A stretch of DNA of 64,000 bases from the human T2T-CHM13v2.0 reference genome, Homo sapiens, in the NCBI RefSeq assembly GCF_009914755.1, contig NC_060930.1; one strand, 5' to 3'. Numbering within the stretch: position 1 is the stretch's first letter; the number at the start of each line of letters is the position of its first letter. The position numbers and the translations under genes were made by a program. The notes beneath the pieces were generated by a model. It was not told the origin of the DNA and did not search any database. It saw only the letters and a program-made list of their open reading frames with translations. Below are positions 29,242 to 40,149 of the stretch, in pieces.

Positions 29242-29603
29242 TATATTAGTTTGTTTTCATGCTGCTGATAAAGGCATACCTGAGACTGGGAAGAAATCAG
29301 AGGTTTAATGGACTTACAGTTCCATATGGCTGGGGAGGCCTCATAATCATGGTGGAAGGCAAGGAGGAGCAAGTCACATCTTACGCGGATGGCGGCAGGC
29401 AAAGAGAGAGGTTGTGTAGGGAAACTCCCATTTTTAAAGCCATCAGATCTCATGAGACTCATTCACTATCATGAGAACAGTGAAGGAAAGACCTTCCCCC
29501 ATAATTCAATCACCTCCCACCGGGTTCCTTCCATGACATGTGGGAATTGTGGGAGTTACAATTCAAGGTGAGATTTGGGTGGGGACACAGCCAAACCATA
29601 TCA
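29242..29603 (-). mobile_element. THE1B solo LTR
   Basis: Antisense THE1B LTR ending CCAAACCATATCA. Perfect 5-bp TSD ATAAT at 29237-29241 and 29604-29608. Confidence 0.93.
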
Positions 29604-29617
29604 ATAATCATTCCTTT

Positions 29618-29785
29618 TAAAATTGCAAATACCATCAGTAAAGTCAATTGTAACTCTTTGTTATAATTTACATTTACAAATATGTTGTATTAATATTAGA
29701 AATTATAAGTTATATTAATATTTATAAATATGTTTGTTTACATTTATTCTGTTACAGTTGACTACTGATGGTATTTGCAATTTTA
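29618..29785. repeat. Inverted repeat with perfect 23-bp outer arms and AT-rich spacer
   Basis: TAAAATTGCAAATACCATCAGTA (29618-29640) is the exact reverse complement of 29763-29785. Pairing extends inward GTCAATTGTAAC/GTTACAGTTGAC. Confidence 0.95.
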
Positions 29786-30088
29786 CCATTTGTAACATAG
29801 AGTCATTTGTAAATTAATACAAACTATTTTAAGCCTTTGATTTCTTTTAATTCCTACCTTAGGGCATTCACTGAAAGAATGAGATTAACTTGAGGGAAAG
29901 GGAGAACACAGAGAATGGGGTGGTAAAAAGATATTGCTATAAAAGTCTTTGGGTAGCAGAAAAAGACTAGCATTGGGGCATAGGAAAAGACATGGGGTAG
30001 TGACAGACAAGTGTTTGTATCGAAATTCTGCCTTAGGTGGATTTTGATTAGGATGGGAGAGAGAAAGAGTGAGAATGAGAATAAGAAT

Positions 30089-30130
30089 CACACACGCGTG
30101 CGCACACACACACACGCACACACACACGCA
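30089..30130. repeat. Imperfect (CA)n/(CG) alternating purine-pyrimidine tract
   Basis: CACACACGCGTGCGCACACACACACACGCACACACACACGCA. Confidence 0.9.
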
Positions 30131-31628
30131 GAGCAAGCTCTTTGTTACTTCATTTCTGCCTTCTTTCTATCTTCACCCAAGACAAGTGTCTTTTTTGCTA
30201 TGCGAGGACTTAAACTAGGCTTTTTTAAACCGAATTTGAGCTATACTCTGGGCTAATTGATTCTTGCAAGCTAGTCTGGCATTTATGGTGCCTGCTTTTG
30301 AGAAAAGATGCCTTTGCAAATCTGAACAATAAGCACTTAGGAAGCCTCTTACAACAAATTGACTTATAAATCAGGCACACAGTTACAGATAGCGTTTTAA
30401 CAAGAGAAAGCACCTACTAAAGAAGTCAGCTGCCCATCAGATGATGTGAAATAAATGTTTCTTATTGAGCAAGTAGAAAAGAATGGTGAGCTCGTTCATT
30501 TTACAGTCAGACCATCCCCATGTGGCAGGGTGGGCCAACTAAAGAGGGAAATGTGAGCCGTTAAATATTTAGTAATTATTTGGTGTATAAAAACTCTAGC
30601 CATGGAAATAGCTTATCCACTTAAAATTGTAAGTATATTTTGTAGGAATTTTAATGATGTGTATGCATTTTGGGATCAAAAGATACATATAGAAAATAAA
30701 ATGAAACAATAAACACATTGTTCAACACACTCAGAAAAGCTACTTGGCACCATTTTAAAAAAATATATGTTACGTTCATTTTGCCTTTGGCTCCTTCATC
30801 TTGTTCCCTTGTCAATTACCTGTCCCTCTCCAAATAGCCCTTTTCTCTTTCCCTATTCTTAGAAGGCTCTTTTCCCTAAGATAATTCAGCACTCTCTTTC
30901 CTCACTCCTGTATCTTTCTAGGGAGTATGGTGTACAGGGTGATGTTTTTCTCTGCTCAAGTCATTAACTTTGTTAGAAGAGCACCAGACAGAGTCAGTAG
31001 GATTCTTCCCTTCTCAGTATTAACTAAGCACCTGTCAAGGTTATGTTTTCAGGCAAAGTTTATGGTTGGTACACAGAGGGTTAGAACCTTAACCATGACA
31101 TTATGGAGCACATGGAACCTGAAACTTCTGAAGGAAACTTTCCACTTCAGCTTTTGGCAAGAAAAATAAGACGGAGAGAAGAGAGGGAATTAGATCATGA
31201 CACATGTTACTCAGAGAAAAAAAAAAGCAGGAGGTAGTTTAAGAAAATGGGGTGAAGGAAAGCCTAAGAGACAAAATTCTGGCATCACTTTCCTACCTAG
31301 GAAAGTGCTCTCTTCTTTCTTATATCTGGCTTCTAAGCTAATTTTTTAATTATTCTTACTGCCTCTATGTTCCTCAATACTTCATTTTTAATGAAACACA
31401 TGTTTAAGGTCATTTTCATTATTTATTTTTCTAGGGAGTTCTTTCTCCAACTTCAGAACTCTCTCTAATATTCTTGTGGTTATTCAGTCTTCTTTGATTT
31501 TTAAGGGATTGTCAAGGTTCCTGAAGCAATGTATTTTCTTGTTCAGCACAGTTTTCAGCTGTGCTCAATATTTGGATTATTCAAAAGAGAGTATTTTGTT
31601 TTCCTTCTGGCGTGATTCAAAGTATGTA

Positions 31629-31996
31629 GAGTAGTCCCCTCTTATCTGCAGAGTATACGTGCCAAGACTCCTGTGGATGCCTGAAACCACAGAGAGTACC
31701 TCACTCTCCATCGACACTATGACTTTTTGATCTGATAACTGAGACAACTACTAAGTGACTAACCGGTGTGTGGTGTACATGGCGTGGATCCACTGGACAA
31801 AGGGAGGAATCATGTCCCAGGCAGGATGCAGTGAGATGGCATGAGGTTTCATTACACAACTCAGAATGGCGTGCAATGGAAAAACGTATGAACTGTTTAT
31901 TTCTGGAATTTTCCATTTACTTTTTCAGACTCTGGTTGACTGAAGGTAACTAAAACCACAGAAAGTGAAAGCGCAGATGGGGAGGGGGAACTAATG
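31629..31996 (-). mobile_element. MER44 (Tigger7 family) MITE
   Basis: TIRs (G)AGTAGTCCCCTCTTATC...GGGGGAACTAATG flanked by TA on both sides. Internal TTTATTTCTGGAATTTTCCATTT. Confidence 0.85.
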
Positions 31997-32849
31997 TATA
32001 ACTATACTTTAATAACACAAAAATTAATGATGTAGTATATTTGCTAAGCAAATCTGGCAACAAGAAGGAAGATGGAAAACCTCAGCATCCTGAAGAGTAG
32101 TTATTTATCTCAGAATGAAATTAAATTTTCAAGAGGGTGGGAAATTATATTCCAACGATAGGATGAAGAGCAGAAGGAGGGTTAATGTATGCTAATATTT
32201 TAGGGAATATGAGATATATGAATTTGGGTAAGCTTTTTTGTTTTCCCTTTATCGTAGGAGAAAATAATGTTGTGTATGCATTGAAAAATGCCCATTGAAA
32301 CCATATTTTACGTAAGATGTATACAATGCTGACAAAGATTAGTTTATTAATTTATAATGAGTAGAACTTTCATGGAATTACAAGATAAAACACTATTTCT
32401 GGTAAAAAGGCAGAATTAAGTAAAGTAAAAAAATTATCTTTACATTTTATAAATGGTCTTGGAATTCAGAAACTTGGTATATGTAAAGTAAAAGAAAAAC
32501 AGAACTGCATGTTGGAAAGAAATTCTCTAATATAAACTGTAAAATAAGGAAGATTGTTTTTTAAAATCCTGGATTAAATTACATTTTGATAAAATATTTG
32601 ACTTTTTCAAATGATGCTGGTATCTGCTTCCATCTAAAGACAGCATATGCTTCAGCTTGAAACACATCTATTTCTGTTATTAGATTCTCCTTTTACCATA
32701 ATTGTTCTTGTTTAAATCACCATTTACCTACCTTTTCATCACGACTTTAAAAATTCCTGTATTGATTCAATATTATGATATGAGACCTTTTAAAGAAGTA
32801 TCTTTTTTATAGAAAAAAAATCTGCTTATTTGGAAAATGTGTAAAATGA

Positions 32850-33220
32850 TGGAAGAGGATACTAGTTAGTCATCAAAACATATTTCCTCTTCTTAATTAG
32901 CACACAGTTATGCCACATTTCCAAGTCTCCCTTGCAGTAAGGTGCAGCCATGTGACTGAGTTCTAGCCAGTGAAATGTAAGCAGAAGAGATATATGTTAT
33001 TTCCAGGCCTGGCTCATAAAATGCACCCTACATGTTCTCTTTCCTGCAACTTTCTTCCTTCAACTGATTGTGGTGGAAACAACAATACAAACTTTGGAAG
33101 CCTCATTTTGAGGGTGTCAGAACATTCATCAGAGATATAAATATTTTTCTGTAAGGTATGAGGTATTATACATTTTTAGAGTCGTTTTATATAAGCTTAG
33201 CCTAGAGTTATTAATAAACT
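32850..33220 (+). mobile_element. MLT1J-like LTR remnant
   Basis: CATTTCCAAGTCTCCCTTGCAG..GCCATGTGACTGAGTTCTAGCCAGTGAAATGTAAGCAGAAG. Confidence 0.7.
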
Positions 33221-34119
33221 ACCTCAAGATAAATACCAAAATACAACAATATCCAATTTTATATAATAAACAATCTTTCTGTTAAAACATTCTCTTTATA
33301 AATATAATACAATTCTGTTGACTTTGACATTACTTAATTTCATTATACTTTTGCCTCACTATTAAAACCAGATATCATTAGACTTCTCTGATAATTTGTA
33401 GGTTGTCTTTCTAAAATTAAACCAATGGTCAAAGTAGAATTGTTTCCATTATACTGATATGAAGCAATAATGTAGGTTAAGAGCTCAGTAAGAAGGCCAG
33501 ATATACTGATATTGAAAAGCTTACAGGACAGTCTCCATAGCAACCTCGTGCATATTATTTTATTAGTTTCTTACAAAAAACGTATACCTGAAAAGTACTA
33601 TGGAAATGGTGACCCCAAATGTCTGACTTTCCCAAGGCCACAGTTAGAATGTAACTGAACCCAGTTAGAACTTGATATTCTTTTGAAAGCTATGCTAGGA
33701 GGCTGGATAAGTCCACAGGAGAATTCATAATATCCTGTCTAATTGCCATATCTATGCTTGATTTGGGTAAGAAAATTCTGGAAGAGAACCCATTGACAAA
33801 AGGCGTACAGAACCTATCAATTAACACTTTGTTAAAACCTTTACCTTCCTACATAAAATCGTAGACTTTTAAACATGAGGATACATAGAGGCCATTTATT
33901 TCAACATGCTTGACAAAATAAGAGCTCAAAATCTATCTCTGATAAGATGTAGTTTTTCTAGTTGTCTATCTTGCACATGAATATTTACCTGTGCTAAAAA
34001 GATAGTCCATTCCACTTTTAGACAACACTAATTGTTAGAAATTTTACCTTATGTTAATTGAAATCTACCTCCCTGGGACTTTAAATGCTCAAAGGCAATC
34101 AGATTTTCCTTTACTGTAG

Positions 34120-34208
34120 CTTTTTTTTTTGTATTTTTTTAAATTTTATTATTATTATACTTTAAGTTTTAGGGTACATGTGCACAACGTGCAGGTTTGT
34201 TACATATG
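34120..34208 (-). mobile_element. Extremely 5'-truncated L1PA (last ~57 nt plus tail)
   Basis: TTATTATACTTTAAGTTTTAGGGTACATGTGCACAACGTGCAGGTTTGTTACATATG. TSD TTTACTGTAG at 34110-34119 and 34209-34218. Confidence 0.92.
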
Positions 34209-35257
34209 TTTACTGTAGTTTTACTCTGCTGTGCTTCAAATCCTTTCTGACCACATTTGTTGTACCCTTTTCAATTTGAAGATGAATCTCCTTGGGAGAG
34301 AAGAAAGAAGCAAAATCAAAATTGAGTGGCTTTACTTTCTCTCTGTCATTGAATAACATCTTCTTCAAGCAGGAGGGCTATTTTTTTCTTATTATCCTTA
34401 TTCGCACATAGCTTTTTAAAAAGTTTGCTGTTCCCAGTACTCTTCAATAGGTCAAGGAGTCTCCAAATATTTGTGCACGGCCATTATTTTGGTATCTTAA
34501 GAAAATAAAATGACTCCTCTTTCATCTTCTTTGAGTGATAGGGTTATTCTTTCAATCGCAGCAACCAGCAATGCTTAATTGTTTGTTTGTTTGTTTTTTA
34601 AGTCACACTAAACTTGAACATGACCTGTAACTCATTTTAGTGGCATCAAATTACTATCTCATGACAAGTAGTGCAAATGCATTTGTGTCCTATGCTTACC
34701 AGGCACTGTAATTCAGCCCATGCTGAATGAGCTTTAGGAGAAATTCATATCCTGACCCTGGTACTGTCTAAAAACTCAGTGCCTTTGGCATTCATATTTA
34801 TATCTCTTGAGGATGCTGATCATTAGGCACATGTATATTTTATGACTTATTGTAATTGTTGCTTCAAACTTTTCTTCACGTGCTAGAAGCTTATATATGT
34901 AGCATTTTTCCCTTTAATTAACTAGATCTCAAATTATGTTCTCTTTACAGGTCGAGAACGCATTCATCACAATACAAGACCTGGGCACCATTTGTATTAA
35001 ACTTGCACTTAGCCGTATCTGATTTAATTTCCAATTCTTAATAGGTATATTAGCTTATATATGAAACACAAGGCATGCCTAAAACACAAAGCATGGCATA
35101 TATAGCTTTGAATTGCCCTGATCAAATAGCTAATGATCTGACACTAATTCTCATATTTCTTTTTAACCATGGCTATTTTGTTTTCCATTTAATATATAGG
35201 AAATGAAAATTTGCATTTGTATCTCAGTAGATGGTTTAAAATTGACTTTCATATACA

Positions 35258-35357
35258 TCAAATCCTCCCCAAACCCTGTAATATAAGCAGGGTTGGTATT
35301 GCTGACTTCAAATCCTCCCCAAACCGTGTGATATAAGCAGGGTTGGTATTGCTGACT
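35258..35357. repeat. 50-bp tandem duplication (2 copies, 2 mismatches)
   Basis: TCAAATCCTCCCCAAACC(C/G)TGT(A/G)ATATAAGCAGGGTTGGTATTGCTGACT twice. Confidence 0.95.
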
Positions 35358-35454
35358 TCTGTGTTTAGAAAGAAACCAAAGCTTAAAAACTGAAAGATAA
35401 AATAAATGAACGAGGACTCTCCATCAATCCTGTTGAAAGATTTTCTATTATTAT

Positions 35455-35670
35455 AATAGTAATTAGCACTGAAATAACACTATTTTCAAGGACCATTCTA
35501 AGTGCTTTACATATATTAACTCATTTCTTCACAACAATCTATGATGTAGGTTCTATTATTGTTATTCTTATTTTACAGATAGAGAAACTGGGGCACAAAG
35601 TCACACTGCTATTAAGAACTGAGTTTTGAACCAAACTATTCTGTCTCTAGAGTCCATAGCCTTATTTCCC
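35455..35670 (-). mobile_element. MIR SINE
   Basis: TTCTAAGTGCTTTACATATATTAACTCATTT..ATTTTACAGATAGAGAAACTGGGGCACA. Confidence 0.8.
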
Positions 35671-35684
35671 ATATTTTCACCTTG

Positions 35685-36530
35685 GTAAACATTTATCGAG
35701 AACATGATCTGTGCAAAATGCTTTGTTATGTACACTGAGAGCTATAACAACTAACAACATGTTTGAAGGGATAAATATGACTGTAACTTTAAAAACTGAA
35801 GCTATCGTAAAAATATTACAGAAGCTTAAATGTTTTTTCCCATTGGTATGAGGTGGGAAGAAAGAGCCCTAGTGGTCAATCTAGGAAACCATTTGAAGGA
35901 GATATGATTTGAAGCTCTTTGCAATCTGAGAAGACCTTTGCAGCGTGAGAAGGACTGTGACAGGTGGGCACCTGGGCAAGAGCATTGCAATAGGACAGCC
36001 TACGTAGAGGCCCAGGGAATGAGACTGTGGGAGTGAAAGGTGAGATTTCTCATGTGGTTGAAGTTGAGGGTGTAGGAGTGAGGCAGGATTTAGTAACAGA
36101 TAAATTACGAACATAGCCTCGAGCCAGATTGTGGAGAGCCTTGAACACTAAACTGAGAAGATTTGAATTCCTTCTATATGCAGTCTGGACCCAGGAAAGG
36201 TTTTTAAGGACACGAGTTACATAATCAGATAAATTTTAGAATGGCATCTCTGGCAGCAAAGTATAGGCTTAATTGGAGAGGGCTGGACTAGAGAAAGGAG
36301 AACCAGAATTGGATAAAGACACAATTGTCCAGGCAAGAAAGAGGCAATGAGTGTCTGAACTAAGCTAGTGAAAATATGAGTCAGGAGCCTTTTACCAAAG
36401 AGAAACTTGCTCAGAAATAGGATAAACTAGATTTGGAAACTCATGGGAAGGAGAAATAGGAGGTTACCTCACATTTTATAGTCTGAACAGTGGAGAAGTT
36501 GCCCCTGTAGTCACAGGAGACAAATATATG
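35685..36530 (-). mobile_element. L2 remnant
   Basis: GCCAGATTGTGGAGAGCCTTGAA..GGTTTTTAAG..TTTTAGAATGGCATCTCTGGCAGC..GTCCAGGCAAGA are antisense L2 motifs. Confidence 0.7.
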
Positions 36531-36639
36531 GTCAGTTTTGGGGATTTTGTGAAAAAGCCCAGCCCATGATAATCTTTCTTCTTGAATTTTAACACTCAGC
36601 TTTGCACAGTTTGGTCCTCTGCTTGTATTATGTGTATCT

Positions 36640-36641
<2 letters not shown>

Positions 36642-36675
<34 letters not shown>

Positions 36676-36770
36676 ATATATATGTTATATATGTGTAATA
36701 TATATGTTATATATGTATAATATATATGTTATATATTATCTGGCATGTATATATACACACACACATACAT
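36642..36770. repeat. (TG)n followed by TA-rich and (CA)n microsatellite
   Basis: Directly visible. Confidence 0.95.
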
Positions 36771-38299
36771 CTCATATCAGATCATCTCTCATAATGTCAG
36801 TGTGTATTGTAGCTTTGACTGCCTGGTTAACACGTGAATCTACTCATCGCTGTATCGGAAATCTCTCTGATAGCCCAAATCATCTCTTACTATTTTCATA
36901 GGTCATGCTATTTTTCCTAAAACACAAGTTAATCTTTCTCTCTTCTTGAATATTTAAATATTGATATAAATTTGAATACAATTGGTAGGTAAGATCAAGG
37001 GTTGGGTGATTTTGATGGATGATAACAATCTAGTGAAAGTATTTTTAGACATACGAGTTATGATTTTTTTGCATAATTCTTGCGGAAGACCGTGTGATAG
37101 TTTTCTGTGTGTCATAAATTATTTCAAACCCTTTGCAGTTTCAGTATGAAATATTTCTAATGAACAACTCCTTTGAATTATACTAGCAACATTCTATGTG
37201 GCTATTTCAGAGGATAATATGTCTACATTTTTGCTGTATGTTTTTGTACTCTTAACCACATTTAAACCATTGTTAACCTTGGAACATCCTAAGATCTGGC
37301 CCTGTATTTTTTACATCTTTTAAAGAGGTGACACACCCTTTATAATGTGCATTTTTCACTTTTTAAACCTACCATTTACTTTTTAAGACATTTTGAACGT
37401 TTATTTCATCCTATTGTGATTTTTAATTTTTCTCCATTATCGCTTACAATGTTTATATATAATTTATGATAATAATGTATATTTGCAATGCATATAATTC
37501 ACCTTTTTGCCAATTGATCTTCATTAAGTCAGTCAACAAGAGAAGCTTAATAATGTTCATGTCCTTTAAGATGCTATTTACCTTCATGGTTCAGTCTATA
37601 AAAATTGGGTCCAAGACAAAGGAACACACTCCAGATTAGTCAGACAATCCTAGCAATTGTTTTGTCAATTCTATTATTATTCATATGTTGCTTACTTTTA
37701 TTGAGTCTTTCTCTACCCTTTCCTTTCTGAGCCCTAAAATAATACTTGCTGCCCCATTGACTTCAGGCTTGGCAACACAGCTCGTTTGGCCAATGAAATG
37801 TAAGTAGACATAACATGTTGCTCTTTAAGCAGATCTTTGAGTTATTGTCTGATTTCCTCCAACTTTTTTGTCCTATCTTTCTGTAGGCTAGCACATCACA
37901 GATAGAGGCTGCGACTTCAGCCTTGATCTCAAAATAAAGTGCACCTGGAGCAGAACCTCAGTCAATATGTACCCATACAATGTAGTGAAATATAAACCTT
38001 TGTTTTTGTGAGTTACTGAGACTTGGAACTTATTTGTTAATTGCACTACATTTAGCTTAAACTAATGCAAATAACTTTCTGCATATTTTATTCTTGTTTG
38101 GTGTAGATCATTGTAGACATTTTCCCTACATATTTTCTGAAAAATTTAGTATATTTTTATTAAATGGTATAGTATTATAAAATAATTGTTGTAAACTTTA
38201 AAAAGTCTTTATTCTGGTTAACAGTGTATTGTGAGCATTAAACCAGATGACTAAATGTATACTTGCCTCTTTAATGATTTAATAGTGTTCTGTTTATGG

Positions 38300-38480
38300 A
38301 AAGTGGCATAGTGTAGTGGTTAAGAGTACAGTCTCTGGGACATAAATTTCTGGGTTCAAGTCACTGTTCTACCACTTACTAGCTGTGTGACCATAAGATA
38401 CTAAATTTATTTGTGACCTTAAGTAAGAGACTTATTTATCCTATGAAATAGTAATCCAATCCCTTATTTTGTTAAATAAA
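38300..38480 (+). mobile_element. MIR SINE
   Basis: GGCATAGTGTAGTGGTTAAGAG..TGGGTTCAAGT..TACCACTTACTAGCTGTGTGACC. Confidence 0.8.
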
Positions 38481-38607
38481 TGACTTTTTCTATTATAAAA
38501 ATATGGTAAATAATATCATGGGTGCCACCCTCTCCCTCATCCTCACTTCTGGCTTACCTCAATTTCTCATGAGCCTTTATTATTATTACTTTTAAATAAC
38601 TTTCATA

Positions 38608-38942
38608 ACTTTTTAATGATTGCCATTCTAACTGGAGTGAGATGGTATCTCATTGTGGTTTTGATTTGCATTTCTCTAATGACCAGTGATGATGAGCTTT
38701 TTTTCATATGTTTGTTGGCCACATAAATGGAAGGGGAACATCACAAACCCAGGGCCTGTCGGTGGGTCGGGGGAAGGGGGAGGGAGAGCATTAGGACAAA
38801 TACCAAATGCATACGGTGCTTAAAATCTAGATGACGGGTTGATAGGTGCAGCAAACCACCACAGCACATGTATACCTAACCTGCACGTTCAGCACATGCA
38901 TCCCAGAACTTAAAGTAAAATTTTAAAAAATGTATATATATA
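38608..38942 (+). mobile_element. L1PA8-like insertion with 5' inversion
   Basis: An antisense ORF2 segment (38608-38729) is joined to a sense 3'UTR from 38730 (GCTTAAAATCTAGATGACGGGTTGATAGGTGCAGCAAACC). TSD AAATA(A/C)CTTT(C/T)ATA at 38594-38607 and 38943-38956. Confidence 0.88.
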
Positions 38943-39357
38943 AAATACCTTTTATATTCCTCTTTATATCTAGTACTACCACAACTACTTTAATAAAAAA
39001 TATTAATACTTTGATCTCTTACCTGAAGTGTTAGTCTACTTTTATCACTCTTATCATACTTTAATCTGCTCTCCATACTGTAGCCAGAATGACTTTTCCA
39101 AATCGTAAACCTCATCATTCATTCATCTTCTTAAAACTCTCCAATGGTTTCCATTTTCTCTTAGAATAAAGGAAAAATTTCTTACCAAGTCTTAATTATT
39201 TTCTTAGTCTGGTCTCTGCCCCTCCACCTTCATATTTTCCATATTCCATCATGCTGTCTGTGCTCCATTTCTGAAAAATTACAAAAAAGAAAAAAAATCA
39301 AATTATATATATTAGATTAATCAGGACTCCATAGAAAAACATAAGCAATAGTATATA

Positions 39358-39692
39358 GAGTCATGCATTACTTAATGATGGGGATATGTTCTGAGAAAGG
39401 CATTGTTAGATGGTGTCCTTGTTTGAAGATCATAGAGAGCGCTTACACAAACCTAGATGGTATAGCCTACTACACGCCTAGACTATATGGTATAGCCTAT
39501 TGCTTCTAAACTATAAACCTGTACAACATGTTACTTTACCAAACCCTGTGGGCAATTGTAACACAATGCTAAATAGTTGTATATCTCAATGCAGAAAAGG
39601 CATAGTAAAAATACAATCTTATAATCTTATGGGACCACTGTCCTATATGCAGTCTGCTGCTGACCTAAATGTCATTATGTGATGCATGACTG
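39358..39692 (-). mobile_element. Tigger3a/MER7A MITE
   Basis: TIRs (G)AGTCATGCAT...GATGCATGACTG. Internal ACACAAACCTAGATGGTATAGCCTACTACAC and TATAATCTTATGGGACCAC. Confidence 0.88.
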
Positions 39693-40074
39693 TGTATGTG
39701 TGTATGTCTGTCTCTGTGTGTGTGTCTGTCAAAAGAGATTTATTATAAGAAATTAGAAATTGGCTCATGCAATTATGAAGGGTGAGAAGTCTCAGGATCT
39801 GCAGCTGGTAAGCTGGAGACCCAGGAGAGGCAGTGCTATAGTTCTAGTCTGAGTCCAAAGGCCTGAGAACCAAGAAAATTGATGTTGTAAGTTCCAGTCC
39901 AAGAGCAAGAGAAGATTGATGTCCCAGCCTGATCAGTGAGGCAGAGAGGGCAAATTTTCTCTTACCTTGCCTTATGTTCTATTCAGGCCTTCAATGGATT
40001 GGTTGAGGCCCACCCACATTGAGAAGGGCCATCTGTTTTACTTAGTCTACGGATTAAAATATATGTCTTAACCA

Positions 40075-40099
40075 GTGCTTGCTTCGGCAGCACATATAC
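40075..40099 (+). pseudogene. RNU6: 3'-truncated (tailless) U6 snRNA retropseudogene, U6 nt 1-25
   Basis: GTGCTTGCTTCGGCAGCACATATAC matches the U6 5' end at 24/25 (one CpG transition). 18-bp TSD, 15/18 identical, at 40057-40074 and 40100-40117. Confidence 0.9.
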
Positions 40100-40149
40100 A
40101 AATATATATCTTGTCCAGAAACACCTTCACAGACATGCCCAGAATAATG

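Noticed and set aside
34952-35040. Frame reading FVLNLHLAVSDLI, reminiscent of a GPCR TM2 motif
   Set aside because: Stops follow within a few codons and no other TM segments flank it, so it is likely coincidence.
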